This document shows positions 26,264 through 34,806 of a DNA stretch of 64,000 nucleotides, piece by piece. The first letter of the stretch is position 1, and each line of letters starts with the position of its first letter. Source of the stretch: an uncultured Clostridia bacterium. Lineage in GTDB: Bacteria; Bacillota; Clostridia; TANB77; CAG-508. Position numbers and translations under genes: made by a program. The stretch covers positions 3,106 through 67,105 of the forward strand of contig CALXBX010000051.1 of NCBI GenBank assembly GCA_944386655.1, given 5' to 3'. A model generated the notes under the pieces. It had not been told where the DNA came from. It saw only the letters and a program-made list of their open reading frames with translations, and searched no databases.

Positions 26264-28996
26264 ATGAGTAGTAGTGGCAAAACAAGTAAACATGCAAAAA
26301 GTGATATGGAAAAAACAAAACAATATAAAATAAAGAAAAGTAAGAAAAATAAAAAGTCCTCAAATGATGAGGAAACAAAAGTAATGAAAAATGGAAAAAC
26401 TTATCAAAAGGTAAAAAAACCAAAACAGAAAAAACATAAAGTTTTAAAAAGAGTAATTTTAGGTTTCTTTTTAGTTTGTTTAATATTGGTTATTATTGCA
26501 CTAGGAATTGTAGCAGGCATCTTCTTTAGTGATAAATATGAGGTATCTAAAGATGTTTTAAGTATTGAAAAGAGAAATTCTACCGTAGTAGATGCAGATG
26601 GAAATGTAATTGCTACTTTAGCGGGAGAAGAAAACAGAAAACCAATTTCTTTAGATGAAATGCCAGAATACTTGCCACAAGCCTTTATTGCAATAGAGGA
26701 CAAGAGATTTTATGAACATGGAGCAGTAGACTGGGGAAGAACCTTATATGCAGCATTTACTTATGTGGTAAATGGTGGAAAATCTTCTTTTGGCGGAAGT
26801 ACCATTACACAACAATTAATTAAAAATTTATACGATGATGATGATAGAAGTGGTTTAGCAGGAATTGAGAGAAAAATTAGGGAGATGGCACGTGCTTATA
26901 ACCTAGAAAAGGTTGCTTCCAAGGATGAAATATTAGAAACTTACTTAAATTATATTTATCTAGGTGGCTATAAAGATGGAATTGATGTAATGGGAGTAGA
27001 GGTAGCGTCTGAATACTATTTCTCTAAATCAGCAAAGGATTTGACTATTGCACAATCTGCTTTCTTAGCAGGAATTAATAATACACCAAATAGTTATTAC
27101 CCATTTGACCCAGAAACAGATAATACAGAAAAAATACAAACAAGAACTAAAACGGTACTAACAGAAATGAAAGACCAAGGCAAAATATCAGAAGAAGAAT
27201 ATAATACAGCTGTAGCAGAAGTGGATGCAGGGTTAGGTTTCCAAAAAGGAAACGTAAGCAATGCAGTGAATTATTCTTACCATACATCCGCTGCTATTGA
27301 GCAAGTAATTGCCGATTTAATGGAACAAGAAGAAGATTTATCCTATAAAGCAGCAAAAGCAAGAGTATTTAGTAATGGATATACTATTTATACAACACAA
27401 AAAACAGAGATACAGAATACAATGGAAGCAGAATACAAAAAAGATACTTATGTGGTAAATGGTAGAGAAAAGAGAGATGGACAATTAATTAATACAGGGC
27501 ACAGCCAATCTGCAATGGTCATTATAGACCATACAACGGGGCAAGTAGTTGGTACAATGGGGGCTTTAGGTTCAGATTCAGATGTTTCTGGCATGAATAG
27601 AGCCACACAAGGAAAAATACAGCCAGGCTCTTCATTTAAACCAATTGCTGTAATTGCTCCAGCACTAGAAGAAGGAATTATTACAGCAGCTACTGTATAT
27701 GATGATACAAAAACAACCTTTGGAGGAAATTATAGTCCTAAAAATTCTGGAAGTTATAGAGGACTTCAAACTGTAAGAAATGCAATTGCACACTCTTCTA
27801 ACGTAATTAATGTAAAAATTTTGGCAGAACTAGGAACCTCTAAATCTATAGAATTCTTGCATAATATTGGAGTGGAAAATGTAGGCGATAGTGCAGATTT
27901 ATCTTTAGCTTTGGGAACACCAAGTGTAACTCCATTGGAGATGGCAGCAGCTTATGCAGCGATTGCAAACGATGGTGTCTATATAGAACCTACTTTCTAT
28001 ACAAAAGTAGAAGATAGCAATGGAAATACAGTAGTAGAGGCAACACAGGAAAGCAGAAGAGTAATGAGTGAGGACAATGCCTATATTCTAAAATCTATCT
28101 TAACAGCACCAGTAAAAAGTGGTACAGCTACAAACTGTACAATCTCTGGAATGGATGTAGCTGCTAAAACAGGTTCTACAGAAGAATATCGTGATAGATG
28201 GCTATGTGGATTTACGCCATATTATACTGCAGCTACTTGGTTTGGTTTTGATAACCCAGAAAGACCAAGGGGAGGAAATATAAGCAATAGCAGTAATACA
28301 GCATCTATTATTTGGATAACGATTATGAGAAATATTCATAAAGGTTTGCCAAGTGCATCTTTCCAGAAAACGAATAATATTGTATCTGCAACTATTTGCT
28401 TGGATTCTGGAAAAGTAGCCACTTCTTCTTGTAGTAGAACTACTTCAGAAATATTTGTAAAAGGAACTGTACCAGGTGCTTGTGAAGGACATCAAAAGCT
28501 AAAAATTTGTACCGATACAGGAAAAATTGCTAATGAATATTGTCCAAATGTAGAAGAAAAAACATATTTAGTAAAACCAGAAAAAGAAAATACAAAATTA
28601 TGGTCAACACCGGATGGAGGAAAATATAATATTCCAACAGAGACTTGTACAACGCATACTGCACCTGAAAAGGTAAAAGTACCAAATGTACTAGGAAAAA
28701 CAGAAGCACAAGCTAAAAAAGCTTTAGAAGATTTAGGACTAAAGGTACAAACAAAATATGATAATGATAGTAGTGAAGATAATGGAGTAGTATTAGCACA
28801 AAGTCAAAAAGAGGGAGCAGAAGTAGAAAAAGGAGCAACTATTACCATTACAATTAATCGAAAACAGAGCAATACACAATCGAATACACAAAGCAATAAT
28901 ACAGTAAATAAAACGAATACACAATCGAATAGTGTAGTAGGTGGTGGAGGAACAACAGGTGGAGACAAAACCAATACGAATGATGATAATACTTAA
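26264..28996 (+). CDS. Class A penicillin-binding protein (glycosyltransferase + transpeptidase) with a C-terminal PASTA domain and Asn/Thr/Gln-rich tail
   Basis: Lys-rich cytoplasmic tail and TM. GT51 motifs are AFIAIEDKRFYEHGAVD and GGSTITQQL. Transpeptidase motifs are SSFK, SSN and KTGS. The PASTA segment reads VPNVLGKTEAQAKKALEDLGLKV. Confidence 0.9.
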   Translation: MSSSGKTSKHAKSDMEKTKQYKIKKSKKNKKSSNDEETKVMKNGKTYQKVKKPKQKKHKVLKRVILGFFLVCLILVIIALGIVAGIFFSDKYEVSKDVLSIEKRNSTVVDADGNVIATLAGEENRKPISLDEMPEYLPQAFIAIEDKRFYEHGAVDWGRTLYAAFTYVVNGGKSSFGGSTITQQLIKNLYDDDDRSGLAGIERKIREMARAYNLEKVASKDEILETYLNYIYLGGYKDGIDVMGVEVASEYYFSKSAKDLTIAQSAFLAGINNTPNSYYPFDPETDNTEKIQTRTKTVLTEMKDQGKISEEEYNTAVAEVDAGLGFQKGNVSNAVNYSYHTSAAIEQVIADLMEQEEDLSYKAAKARVFSNGYTIYTTQKTEIQNTMEAEYKKDTYVVNGREKRDGQLINTGHSQSAMVIIDHTTGQVVGTMGALGSDSDVSGMNRATQGKIQPGSSFKPIAVIAPALEEGIITAATVYDDTKTTFGGNYSPKNSGSYRGLQTVRNAIAHSSNVINVKILAELGTSKSIEFLHNIGVENVGDSADLSLALGTPSVTPLEMAAAYAAIANDGVYIEPTFYTKVEDSNGNTVVEATQESRRVMSEDNAYILKSILTAPVKSGTATNCTISGMDVAAKTGSTEEYRDRWLCGFTPYYTAATWFGFDNPERPRGGNISNSSNTASIIWITIMRNIHKGLPSASFQKTNNIVSATICLDSGKVATSSCSRTTSEIFVKGTVPGACEGHQKLKICTDTGKIANEYCPNVEEKTYLVKPEKENTKLWSTPDGGKYNIPTETCTTHTAPEKVKVPNVLGKTEAQAKKALEDLGLKVQTKYDNDSSEDNGVVLAQSQKEGAEVEKGATITITINRKQSNTQSNTQSNNTVNKTNTQSNSVVGGGGTTGGDKTNTNDDNT

Positions 28997-29016
28997 AATA
29001 AAGAAAGGAAAGAAAT

Positions 29017-30420
29017 ATGCAAATTACTTTATATAATACCTTAACCAAAAGGAAAGAAAATTTTGAACCATTACAGAAAGAAGCAGTACGAATTTATACA
29101 TGTGGTCCAACCGTATATAGCTATGCACATATCGGTAATTTTAGGACATATGTATTTATGGATAATTTAAGAAGAACTTTAGAGTATAATGGCTATACTC
29201 TAAAACATGTAATGAACATTACAGATGTAGGGCATTTAGAGTCTGATGCAGATGAGGGAGAAGACAAAATGGAAAAAGCAGCTAGAAAAGAGAATAAAGA
29301 CCCTTATGAAATTGCAAAATTTTATGCAGACATATTTTTTAAAGATATGGGAAGACTAAATATAGAAAAGCCAGAAATCATTGCAAAAGCAACAGACCAC
29401 ATTCCAGAAATGATGTCTTTTGTAGAAGAATTAATCAAAAATGGATATGCTTATGAAACATCAAGAGCTATCTATTTTGATATTTCTAAATTAGATAAGT
29501 ATCCGGTTCTATCTAATCGTAAGTTAGATGATCAAATTGCAGGAGCTAGAGTAGAAGTAGATCCAGAAAAAAGAAATCCTTATGATTTTGCTGTGTGGAT
29601 TAAAGCACCAGAAAACCATATTATGAAATGGGAAAGCCCTTGGGGACTATCTTATCCAGGCTGGCATTTGGAATGCTCTGCCATGAGTAGAAAATATTTA
29701 GGAGATGTTTTCGATATTCATACTGGTGGCGTAGACCACATTCCAACCCATCACGAAAATGAAATTGCACAGAGTAAAGGATGCACAGGAAAAGTACCAG
29801 CTAAAATATGGATGCATGTAGAATTTTTACAAGTGGATGGCGGAAAAATGTCTAAAAGCTTGGGAAATACATACACATTGGACCAATTACAAGAAAAAGG
29901 AATAGAACCATTAGCTTTTAAACTATTCTGCTATACAGCCCATTATAGAACAAAACTAAATTTCACATTTGATAGTGCACTTTCTACACAAAAAGCATTA
30001 AATCGTTTAAGAGAAGCCTATGTAAAACACGAAGAAGCACCAAAAGGAAAAATAGAAGAAAGCAAAATACAATCCTACAAAGAACGCTTTTTAGAAGCAA
30101 TTAATGATGATTTAAATATGCCACTTGCTATGGGAGTGGTGTGGGAGATTGCTAGAAACGAAGTAAAGGCAAAAGAATGGGCAGACTTATTATTAGAGTT
30201 AGATAAAGTATTAGCCTTAGATTTAAAAAATAGCAAAGCCTATTTAGAAACAGAAAGAAAAATAGAATTACCAGAAGAAATTCAAAAAATGATAGAAGAA
30301 AGAAAAATAGCAAGAGAAAATAAAGATTGGGCAAAATCAGATGATTTAAGAGAAAAGATAGAGCAAGCTGGATATAGCGTGAAAGATACAAAAGAAGGTA
30401 TGACAGTAGAAAAGGCATAA
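29017..30420 (+). CDS. cysS: Cysteine--tRNA ligase
   Basis: YTCGPTVYSYAHIGNFR (HIGH) and KMSKS motifs. Confidence 0.95.
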   Translation: MQITLYNTLTKRKENFEPLQKEAVRIYTCGPTVYSYAHIGNFRTYVFMDNLRRTLEYNGYTLKHVMNITDVGHLESDADEGEDKMEKAARKENKDPYEIAKFYADIFFKDMGRLNIEKPEIIAKATDHIPEMMSFVEELIKNGYAYETSRAIYFDISKLDKYPVLSNRKLDDQIAGARVEVDPEKRNPYDFAVWIKAPENHIMKWESPWGLSYPGWHLECSAMSRKYLGDVFDIHTGGVDHIPTHHENEIAQSKGCTGKVPAKIWMHVEFLQVDGGKMSKSLGNTYTLDQLQEKGIEPLAFKLFCYTAHYRTKLNFTFDSALSTQKALNRLREAYVKHEEAPKGKIEESKIQSYKERFLEAINDDLNMPLAMGVVWEIARNEVKAKEWADLLLELDKVLALDLKNSKAYLETERKIELPEEIQKMIEERKIARENKDWAKSDDLREKIEQAGYSVKDTKEGMTVEKA

Positions 30421-30441
30421 TTCTTTTAGCAAAGCACGTGC

Positions 30442-31539
30442 ATGGAGAAAGGAATGAAAAGGAAAATGGCAAAAGAAGAAAAAAATATAGAAAATAGTAA
30501 CTTCTTTAAAAAAGTTTGGATATGTATTACGGACTTTGAAAAATATCCAGAACTTGCTGCACAAAAAGGAACAAAAACATTAATTTATATTGCAATCTTA
30601 ATGGCAATTTTCTCACTAGTAGTAACTATAATGAATACGTTTCAATTTTCTAATCAAATAGAGGAGGCAGTAACCTATTTTCAGGAAGAAATACCAGATT
30701 TAAATTTAGAAAATGGAATATTAACAGTAGACCAAGAAAATCCTATCATCATAGAAAATGAAGAAAGCGTGATTCCTCTTATTATTATTGATACGAATGC
30801 GGAAATTACAGAAGAGCAAAGAGAAGAATATCGCAGTAAAATGCAAACTGTAGAGAATGCCTTATTATTCTTAAGAGAAAATGTAAGTATAAAAACAGCA
30901 GCCACAGATGGAATCCTAGAATATTCTTACCAAACGCTAATGGAGCAATATGGTATAGAAAAATTAGATAAAGAGAGCATGATTAGCTATGTAAGTGGTA
31001 ATAATAGAAATGTAATACTAGTAAGTACAGGAATGATGACTTTTATTTATTCTTTTATGGTATATATGGTAAGTGTGTTAATGGACGCCTTTCTGTTAGG
31101 TATAGTAGCCTATGTAACTGCAATGGTATTACGTCTTCGTTTAAAATTTAGTGCTATGTGTAATATGGCTGCCTATAGCCTAACTTTACCAATTTTATTA
31201 AATTTGGGTTATATTATTTTAAATATGCTAACTGGTTTTGAAATGAAATATTTTGAAATTATGTATATTGGTATTGCCTATATTTATATAGTGGCAGCCA
31301 TTATGATGATAAAGTCTGATGTGATGAAAAAAAGGCAAGAACTTGCTCAAATTATAGAAGAACAAGCTAGGGTAAAACAAGAAATGGATAGACAAAAAGA
31401 GGAAGAAGAAAGACAAAAGGAAGAACAAAGAAGAGAGGAAGAAAAACGTAAGAAGAAGGAAGAAGAAAAGAAAAAAGAACAAGAAAAAGAAAAAAAGGAA
31501 AAACCTGTGGGAGAAGAACCACAAGGAGAAAATGGATAA
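30442..31539 (+). CDS. Multi-pass membrane protein (DUF1189-like) with a Glu/Lys-rich C-terminal tail
   Basis: N-terminus is FFKKVWICITDFEKYPE, followed by several TM segments. The start codon is ambiguous (30442, 30454 or 30466). Confidence 0.45.
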   Translation: MEKGMKRKMAKEEKNIENSNFFKKVWICITDFEKYPELAAQKGTKTLIYIAILMAIFSLVVTIMNTFQFSNQIEEAVTYFQEEIPDLNLENGILTVDQENPIIIENEESVIPLIIIDTNAEITEEQREEYRSKMQTVENALLFLRENVSIKTAATDGILEYSYQTLMEQYGIEKLDKESMISYVSGNNRNVILVSTGMMTFIYSFMVYMVSVLMDAFLLGIVAYVTAMVLRLRLKFSAMCNMAAYSLTLPILLNLGYIILNMLTGFEMKYFEIMYIGIAYIYIVAAIMMIKSDVMKKRQELAQIIEEQARVKQEMDRQKEEEERQKEEQRREEEKRKKKEEEKKKEQEKEKKEKPVGEEPQGENG

Positions 31540-31563
31540 TGGAAAGAAAGGGATTAACAGTCT

Positions 31564-33393
31564 ATGAGTCATGAGAAAGAAAAAGATAAGATAGAGGACG
31601 AAAAAGCAAAAAATAAAAAGAAAAACAAAAAATATACCATTTTAATGGTTATTTTAACTATTTTGTTCTTACTATTAGCTGGCATTTTGGCTTACATGGT
31701 TCTACAAGGAAATACAGCAGAAGATAGAGAAATTGCCTATACAGATTTAATTAAACAAATAACAGATGGGGAAGTAGAAAAGGTAGAAATGACAGTAGGT
31801 AGTACCACTGTCAAAGTAAAATTAAAAGATGTGGAAGAAGAAAAAACAGCAATTGTTCCTAATACACAAGCTTTTATAGAGTTAGTACAAGACAAAGTAG
31901 CAGAAGGAAATAACATAGAGCTAATACAAAATCCACAAAATGTGATATTGCTTATTTTAGATAGATTGTACAGTATTTTGCCAATGCTTTTAATTGTTGT
32001 ATTATTTGTATTAGTACTTAAAATGCAAGGATTAGGAGAAAAAGGAAAAGTATATGATAGTGAAGCAGTAAAAGAAAAAATAAAATTTGACGATGTAGCA
32101 GGATTAGATGAAGAAAAACATGAAATGATGGAAATTGTACAATTTCTAAAAGAACCAAAAAAATTCAATGAAATGGGAGCAAAAATACCAAGAGGTGTGT
32201 TACTATACGGAAAACCTGGTACAGGAAAAACTTTAATTGCAAAAGCAATTGCAGGAGAAGCAGGTGTTCCTTTTATTTCTATGAGTGGATCAGAATTTAT
32301 AGAAATGTTTGCTGGACTAGGAGCTTCTCGTGTAAGAAAATTATTTGAAAAAGCAAGAAAAGTAGCACCATGTATTGTATTTATTGATGAAATAGATGCT
32401 ATTGGTTCCAGAAGAAGTAATGGAAGTGGAGCAGAAACAGAAAATAATCAAACATTAAATCAGCTATTAGTAGAGATGGATGGATTCGATACAGAAGAAA
32501 CTATTATTGTACTTGCTGCAACCAACCGACCAGAAATGCTAGATAAAGCCCTTTTAAGACCAGGAAGATTTGATAGACAAATTACAATACCAGTTCCAGA
32601 TTTAAGAGGAAGAGAACAAATTTTACAGATACATGCCAAAGGCAAAAAGCTTGCACAAGATATCAATTTAAAAAGTATCGCAGAAGATACAGCAGGTTTT
32701 ACAGGGGCAGAATTAGCTAATATTTTAAATGAGGCTGCTATTATTGCTACAACAAATAAGCATGAAGAAATAGAAAAAACAGACTTAGAAGAAGCTGTAA
32801 AAAAAGTAACAGTAGGACTTCAAAAAACAAGTAGAGTGATATCCGATAAGGATAAAAAATTAACAGCATACCACGAAGCAGGACATGCCATTGTTAGTAG
32901 ATATTTAGAAACACAAGAACCAGTAAAAGAAATATCTATTATCCCAAGAGGCGTAGCTGGCGGGTATACTATGTACAAAACAAACGAAGACAAAAATTAT
33001 ATTGCCAAAACAGAAATGCTAGAACGTTTGGTAGTTTTATTAGGTGGACGAGCAGCAGAAAAAATAGCTTTAAATGATATCTCCACCGGAGCTAGTAACG
33101 ATATAGAAGTGGCAACCAAAATAGCAAAAGACATGGTAACTGTTTATGGAATGAGTGATGTAGTAGGAACCATTTTTATCAATGTAGAAAAAGAACCATA
33201 TGAACTAGAATTATTAGGAGACAAATTCAGCAATGCGATTGGAGCAGAAGTAAAACTATTATTAGATAATGCTTATCAAAAAGCACAAAGTATTTTACGA
33301 GAACATATGGATAAATTACAAGCTATCGCAGAAGAATTACTAAAAAAAGAAGTGCTAACAGCAGAAGACTTCGAAAAATTCTTTGAACTTTAG
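31564..33393 (+). CDS. ftsH: ATP-dependent zinc metalloprotease FtsH
   Basis: Two TM segments, AAA+ Walker A GKPGTGKT, Walker B IVFIDEID, and zinc site HEAGHA. The stop codon lies inside a REP unit. Confidence 0.95.
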   Translation: MSHEKEKDKIEDEKAKNKKKNKKYTILMVILTILFLLLAGILAYMVLQGNTAEDREIAYTDLIKQITDGEVEKVEMTVGSTTVKVKLKDVEEEKTAIVPNTQAFIELVQDKVAEGNNIELIQNPQNVILLILDRLYSILPMLLIVVLFVLVLKMQGLGEKGKVYDSEAVKEKIKFDDVAGLDEEKHEMMEIVQFLKEPKKFNEMGAKIPRGVLLYGKPGTGKTLIAKAIAGEAGVPFISMSGSEFIEMFAGLGASRVRKLFEKARKVAPCIVFIDEIDAIGSRRSNGSGAETENNQTLNQLLVEMDGFDTEETIIVLAATNRPEMLDKALLRPGRFDRQITIPVPDLRGREQILQIHAKGKKLAQDINLKSIAEDTAGFTGAELANILNEAAIIATTNKHEEIEKTDLEEAVKKVTVGLQKTSRVISDKDKKLTAYHEAGHAIVSRYLETQEPVKEISIIPRGVAGGYTMYKTNEDKNYIAKTEMLERLVVLLGGRAAEKIALNDISTGASNDIEVATKIAKDMVTVYGMSDVVGTIFINVEKEPYELELLGDKFSNAIGAEVKLLLDNAYQKAQSILREHMDKLQAIAEELLKKEVLTAEDFEKFFEL

Positions 33394-33516
33394 GGACGTT
33401 CCTTAAAGTTCAAAGAATTTAGCTACAATTTTTAGGGACAATTCTTAAATTGTTCATTGGAAGGTAGGAGTTGTTATTAAATTGAAATTGAACTTTAAGG
33501 AACGTCCCTAAAGTTC
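33385..33516 (+). repeat. REP doublet 2: inverted copies of the same 27-nt unit, with a degenerate third copy between them
   Basis: 33385-33411 is identical to 25972-25998. 33490-33516 is identical to 26082-26108. The degenerate copy is at 33427-33453. The unit is flanked by the extended palindrome TTCTTTGAAC..GTTCAAAGAA. Confidence 0.85.
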
Positions 33517-34359
33517 AATTTTTTTCCCATTTAAGTAATCTAAAATACCACTAGGTGTAGTAAAGCGAAAAATAAGGCAATAACTACACAAATTTTGCGT
33601 TTTTTGACCAAATTTTTTATTTACTAAATGATTTCCATATTTCTCGTCACCTAGAATAGGAAAACCAATATGCGCCATATGTGCTCTAATTTGGTGGGTG
33701 CGCCCAGTCTCTATAGAAATATCCAAAAGGGAAGTATTTTGTTTTTTGTCTTCTTTTAGTACTGTATAAGAAGTAACAATTGGTCTATATCCTTTTTTAG
33801 GTGTATCGGAAATATAGACCATAGATTTTTTAGCATCTTTAAATAAATAGGCATGCAAAGTATCTTTCTTTTTTGGCAGAATGCCATAAACCATTGCTGA
33901 ATAGTGTTTTTCTATTTCGTGTTGTTTAAATTTTGTCTCTAAGATAGAAAGGCTATCCTCATCTTTTGCAAATAAAACAAGTCCAGTTGTATTTCTATCA
34001 ATTCTATGGCATGGTTCTAAATAGGAGAAAGAAAATTGAGATTGCAAATAAGAAGTCATAGAATTTTCTCCTACCACTTCTATACCAGCTGGCTTGTTAG
34101 CTACTAAAATATTATCATCTTCATAAATTACCCTAATTTCTTTTAAAAAAGGAAATAAGAATTCGTCAGAAATATAAACTTGTAGCGTATCTCCTAGATG
34201 TAGAGTAATATTTTCATGAATCTTTTTACCATTTACACGGATATCCTTTTGGCGTAGTGCTTTGTAAAAAGTACCAGAGCTCATAGAAGGATATAAATCC
34301 GATAAAAAAGTATGTAATTTTCTTTGATTATATTTTTCATTTACTACTAAATTTTTCAT
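33508..34359 (-). CDS. RluA-family 23S rRNA pseudouridine synthase with an N-terminal S4 domain
   Basis: HRIDRNTTGLVLFAK catalytic Asp motif and GRTHQIRAHMAHIG. The stop codon lies inside a REP unit. Confidence 0.85.
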   Translation of the reverse strand: MKNLVVNEKYNQRKLHTFLSDLYPSMSSGTFYKALRQKDIRVNGKKIHENITLHLGDTLQVYISDEFLFPFLKEIRVIYEDDNILVANKPAGIEVVGENSMTSYLQSQFSFSYLEPCHRIDRNTTGLVLFAKDEDSLSILETKFKQHEIEKHYSAMVYGILPKKKDTLHAYLFKDAKKSMVYISDTPKKGYRPIVTSYTVLKEDKKQNTSLLDISIETGRTHQIRAHMAHIGFPILGDEKYGNHLVNKKFGQKTQNLCSYCLIFRFTTPSGILDYLNGKKIEL

Positions 34360-34394
34360 ATATCCATTATATAAGATAAAATTTAAAAAATCAA

Positions 34395-34423
34395 TTGCAT
34401 TTTTAGAAGAGATATGCTAGAAT
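34395..34423 (+). promoter_or_regulatory. SigA-type promoter of secG-rnr
   Basis: TTGCAT, 17-nt spacer, TAGAAT. Confidence 0.6.
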
Positions 34424-34483
34424 TAGAAAATAAATAACATCTGCACGATATAATCTGTAAAAAAGAAAGGGAAGGAAATAAAA

Positions 34484-34732
34484 ATGGAAATCGTAAAATA
34501 TGTATTATTAGGAATATATGTCATTGTTTGTATTGCTCTAATTATTGTAGCAACTATACAAACAAAGGACAAAGGTGGCGCATCTGAAACAATTATGGGT
34601 TCTTCTACCAATAATTTTTATGAAAAGAATAAAGGAAGAACAAGAGAAGGAAGACTAAAAAGAATGACCGTTATATTAGGTATTGCTTTTGTAGTTTTAT
34701 CAGTAGTAGTAGGAATTTTGTATGCAATTTAA
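34484..34732 (+). CDS. secG: Preprotein translocase subunit SecG
   Basis: 82 aa with two TM segments, a central GGASE..G..S motif, and the conserved position upstream of rnr. Confidence 0.85.
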   Translation: MEIVKYVLLGIYVIVCIALIIVATIQTKDKGGASETIMGSSTNNFYEKNKGRTREGRLKRMTVILGIAFVVLSVVVGILYAI

Positions 34733-34806
34733 ATAGAAGGATAAAATAAGGATGTGGCAAAAATATTATGCTACATCTTTTTGTTTGAAAAAGTATAGGA
34801 GTGAAT

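Noticed and set aside
28867-28935. Short tandem repeats at the PBP1A 3' end, considered as a possible CRISPR or minisatellite.
   Set aside because: It is an in-frame 12-nt coding repeat (SNTQ) with no spacers. It is not a CRISPR array.
31360-31530. A GAA/AAG-rich repetitive stretch.
   Set aside because: It encodes the Glu/Lys-rich tail of the membrane protein 30442-31539. It is low-complexity coding sequence, not a discrete repeat element.
31737-32168. Long antisense ORFs inside well-supported genes. These are 31737-32168, 37338-37808, 10182-10538, 21203-21562, 6709-7062 and 40291-40623, all on the minus strand.
   Set aside because: They are low-complexity Ser/Phe/Leu-rich translations of the complement of purine-rich coding DNA, which is expected by chance in this very AT-rich, strand-skewed sequence. 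None has a start context or a recognisable motif.
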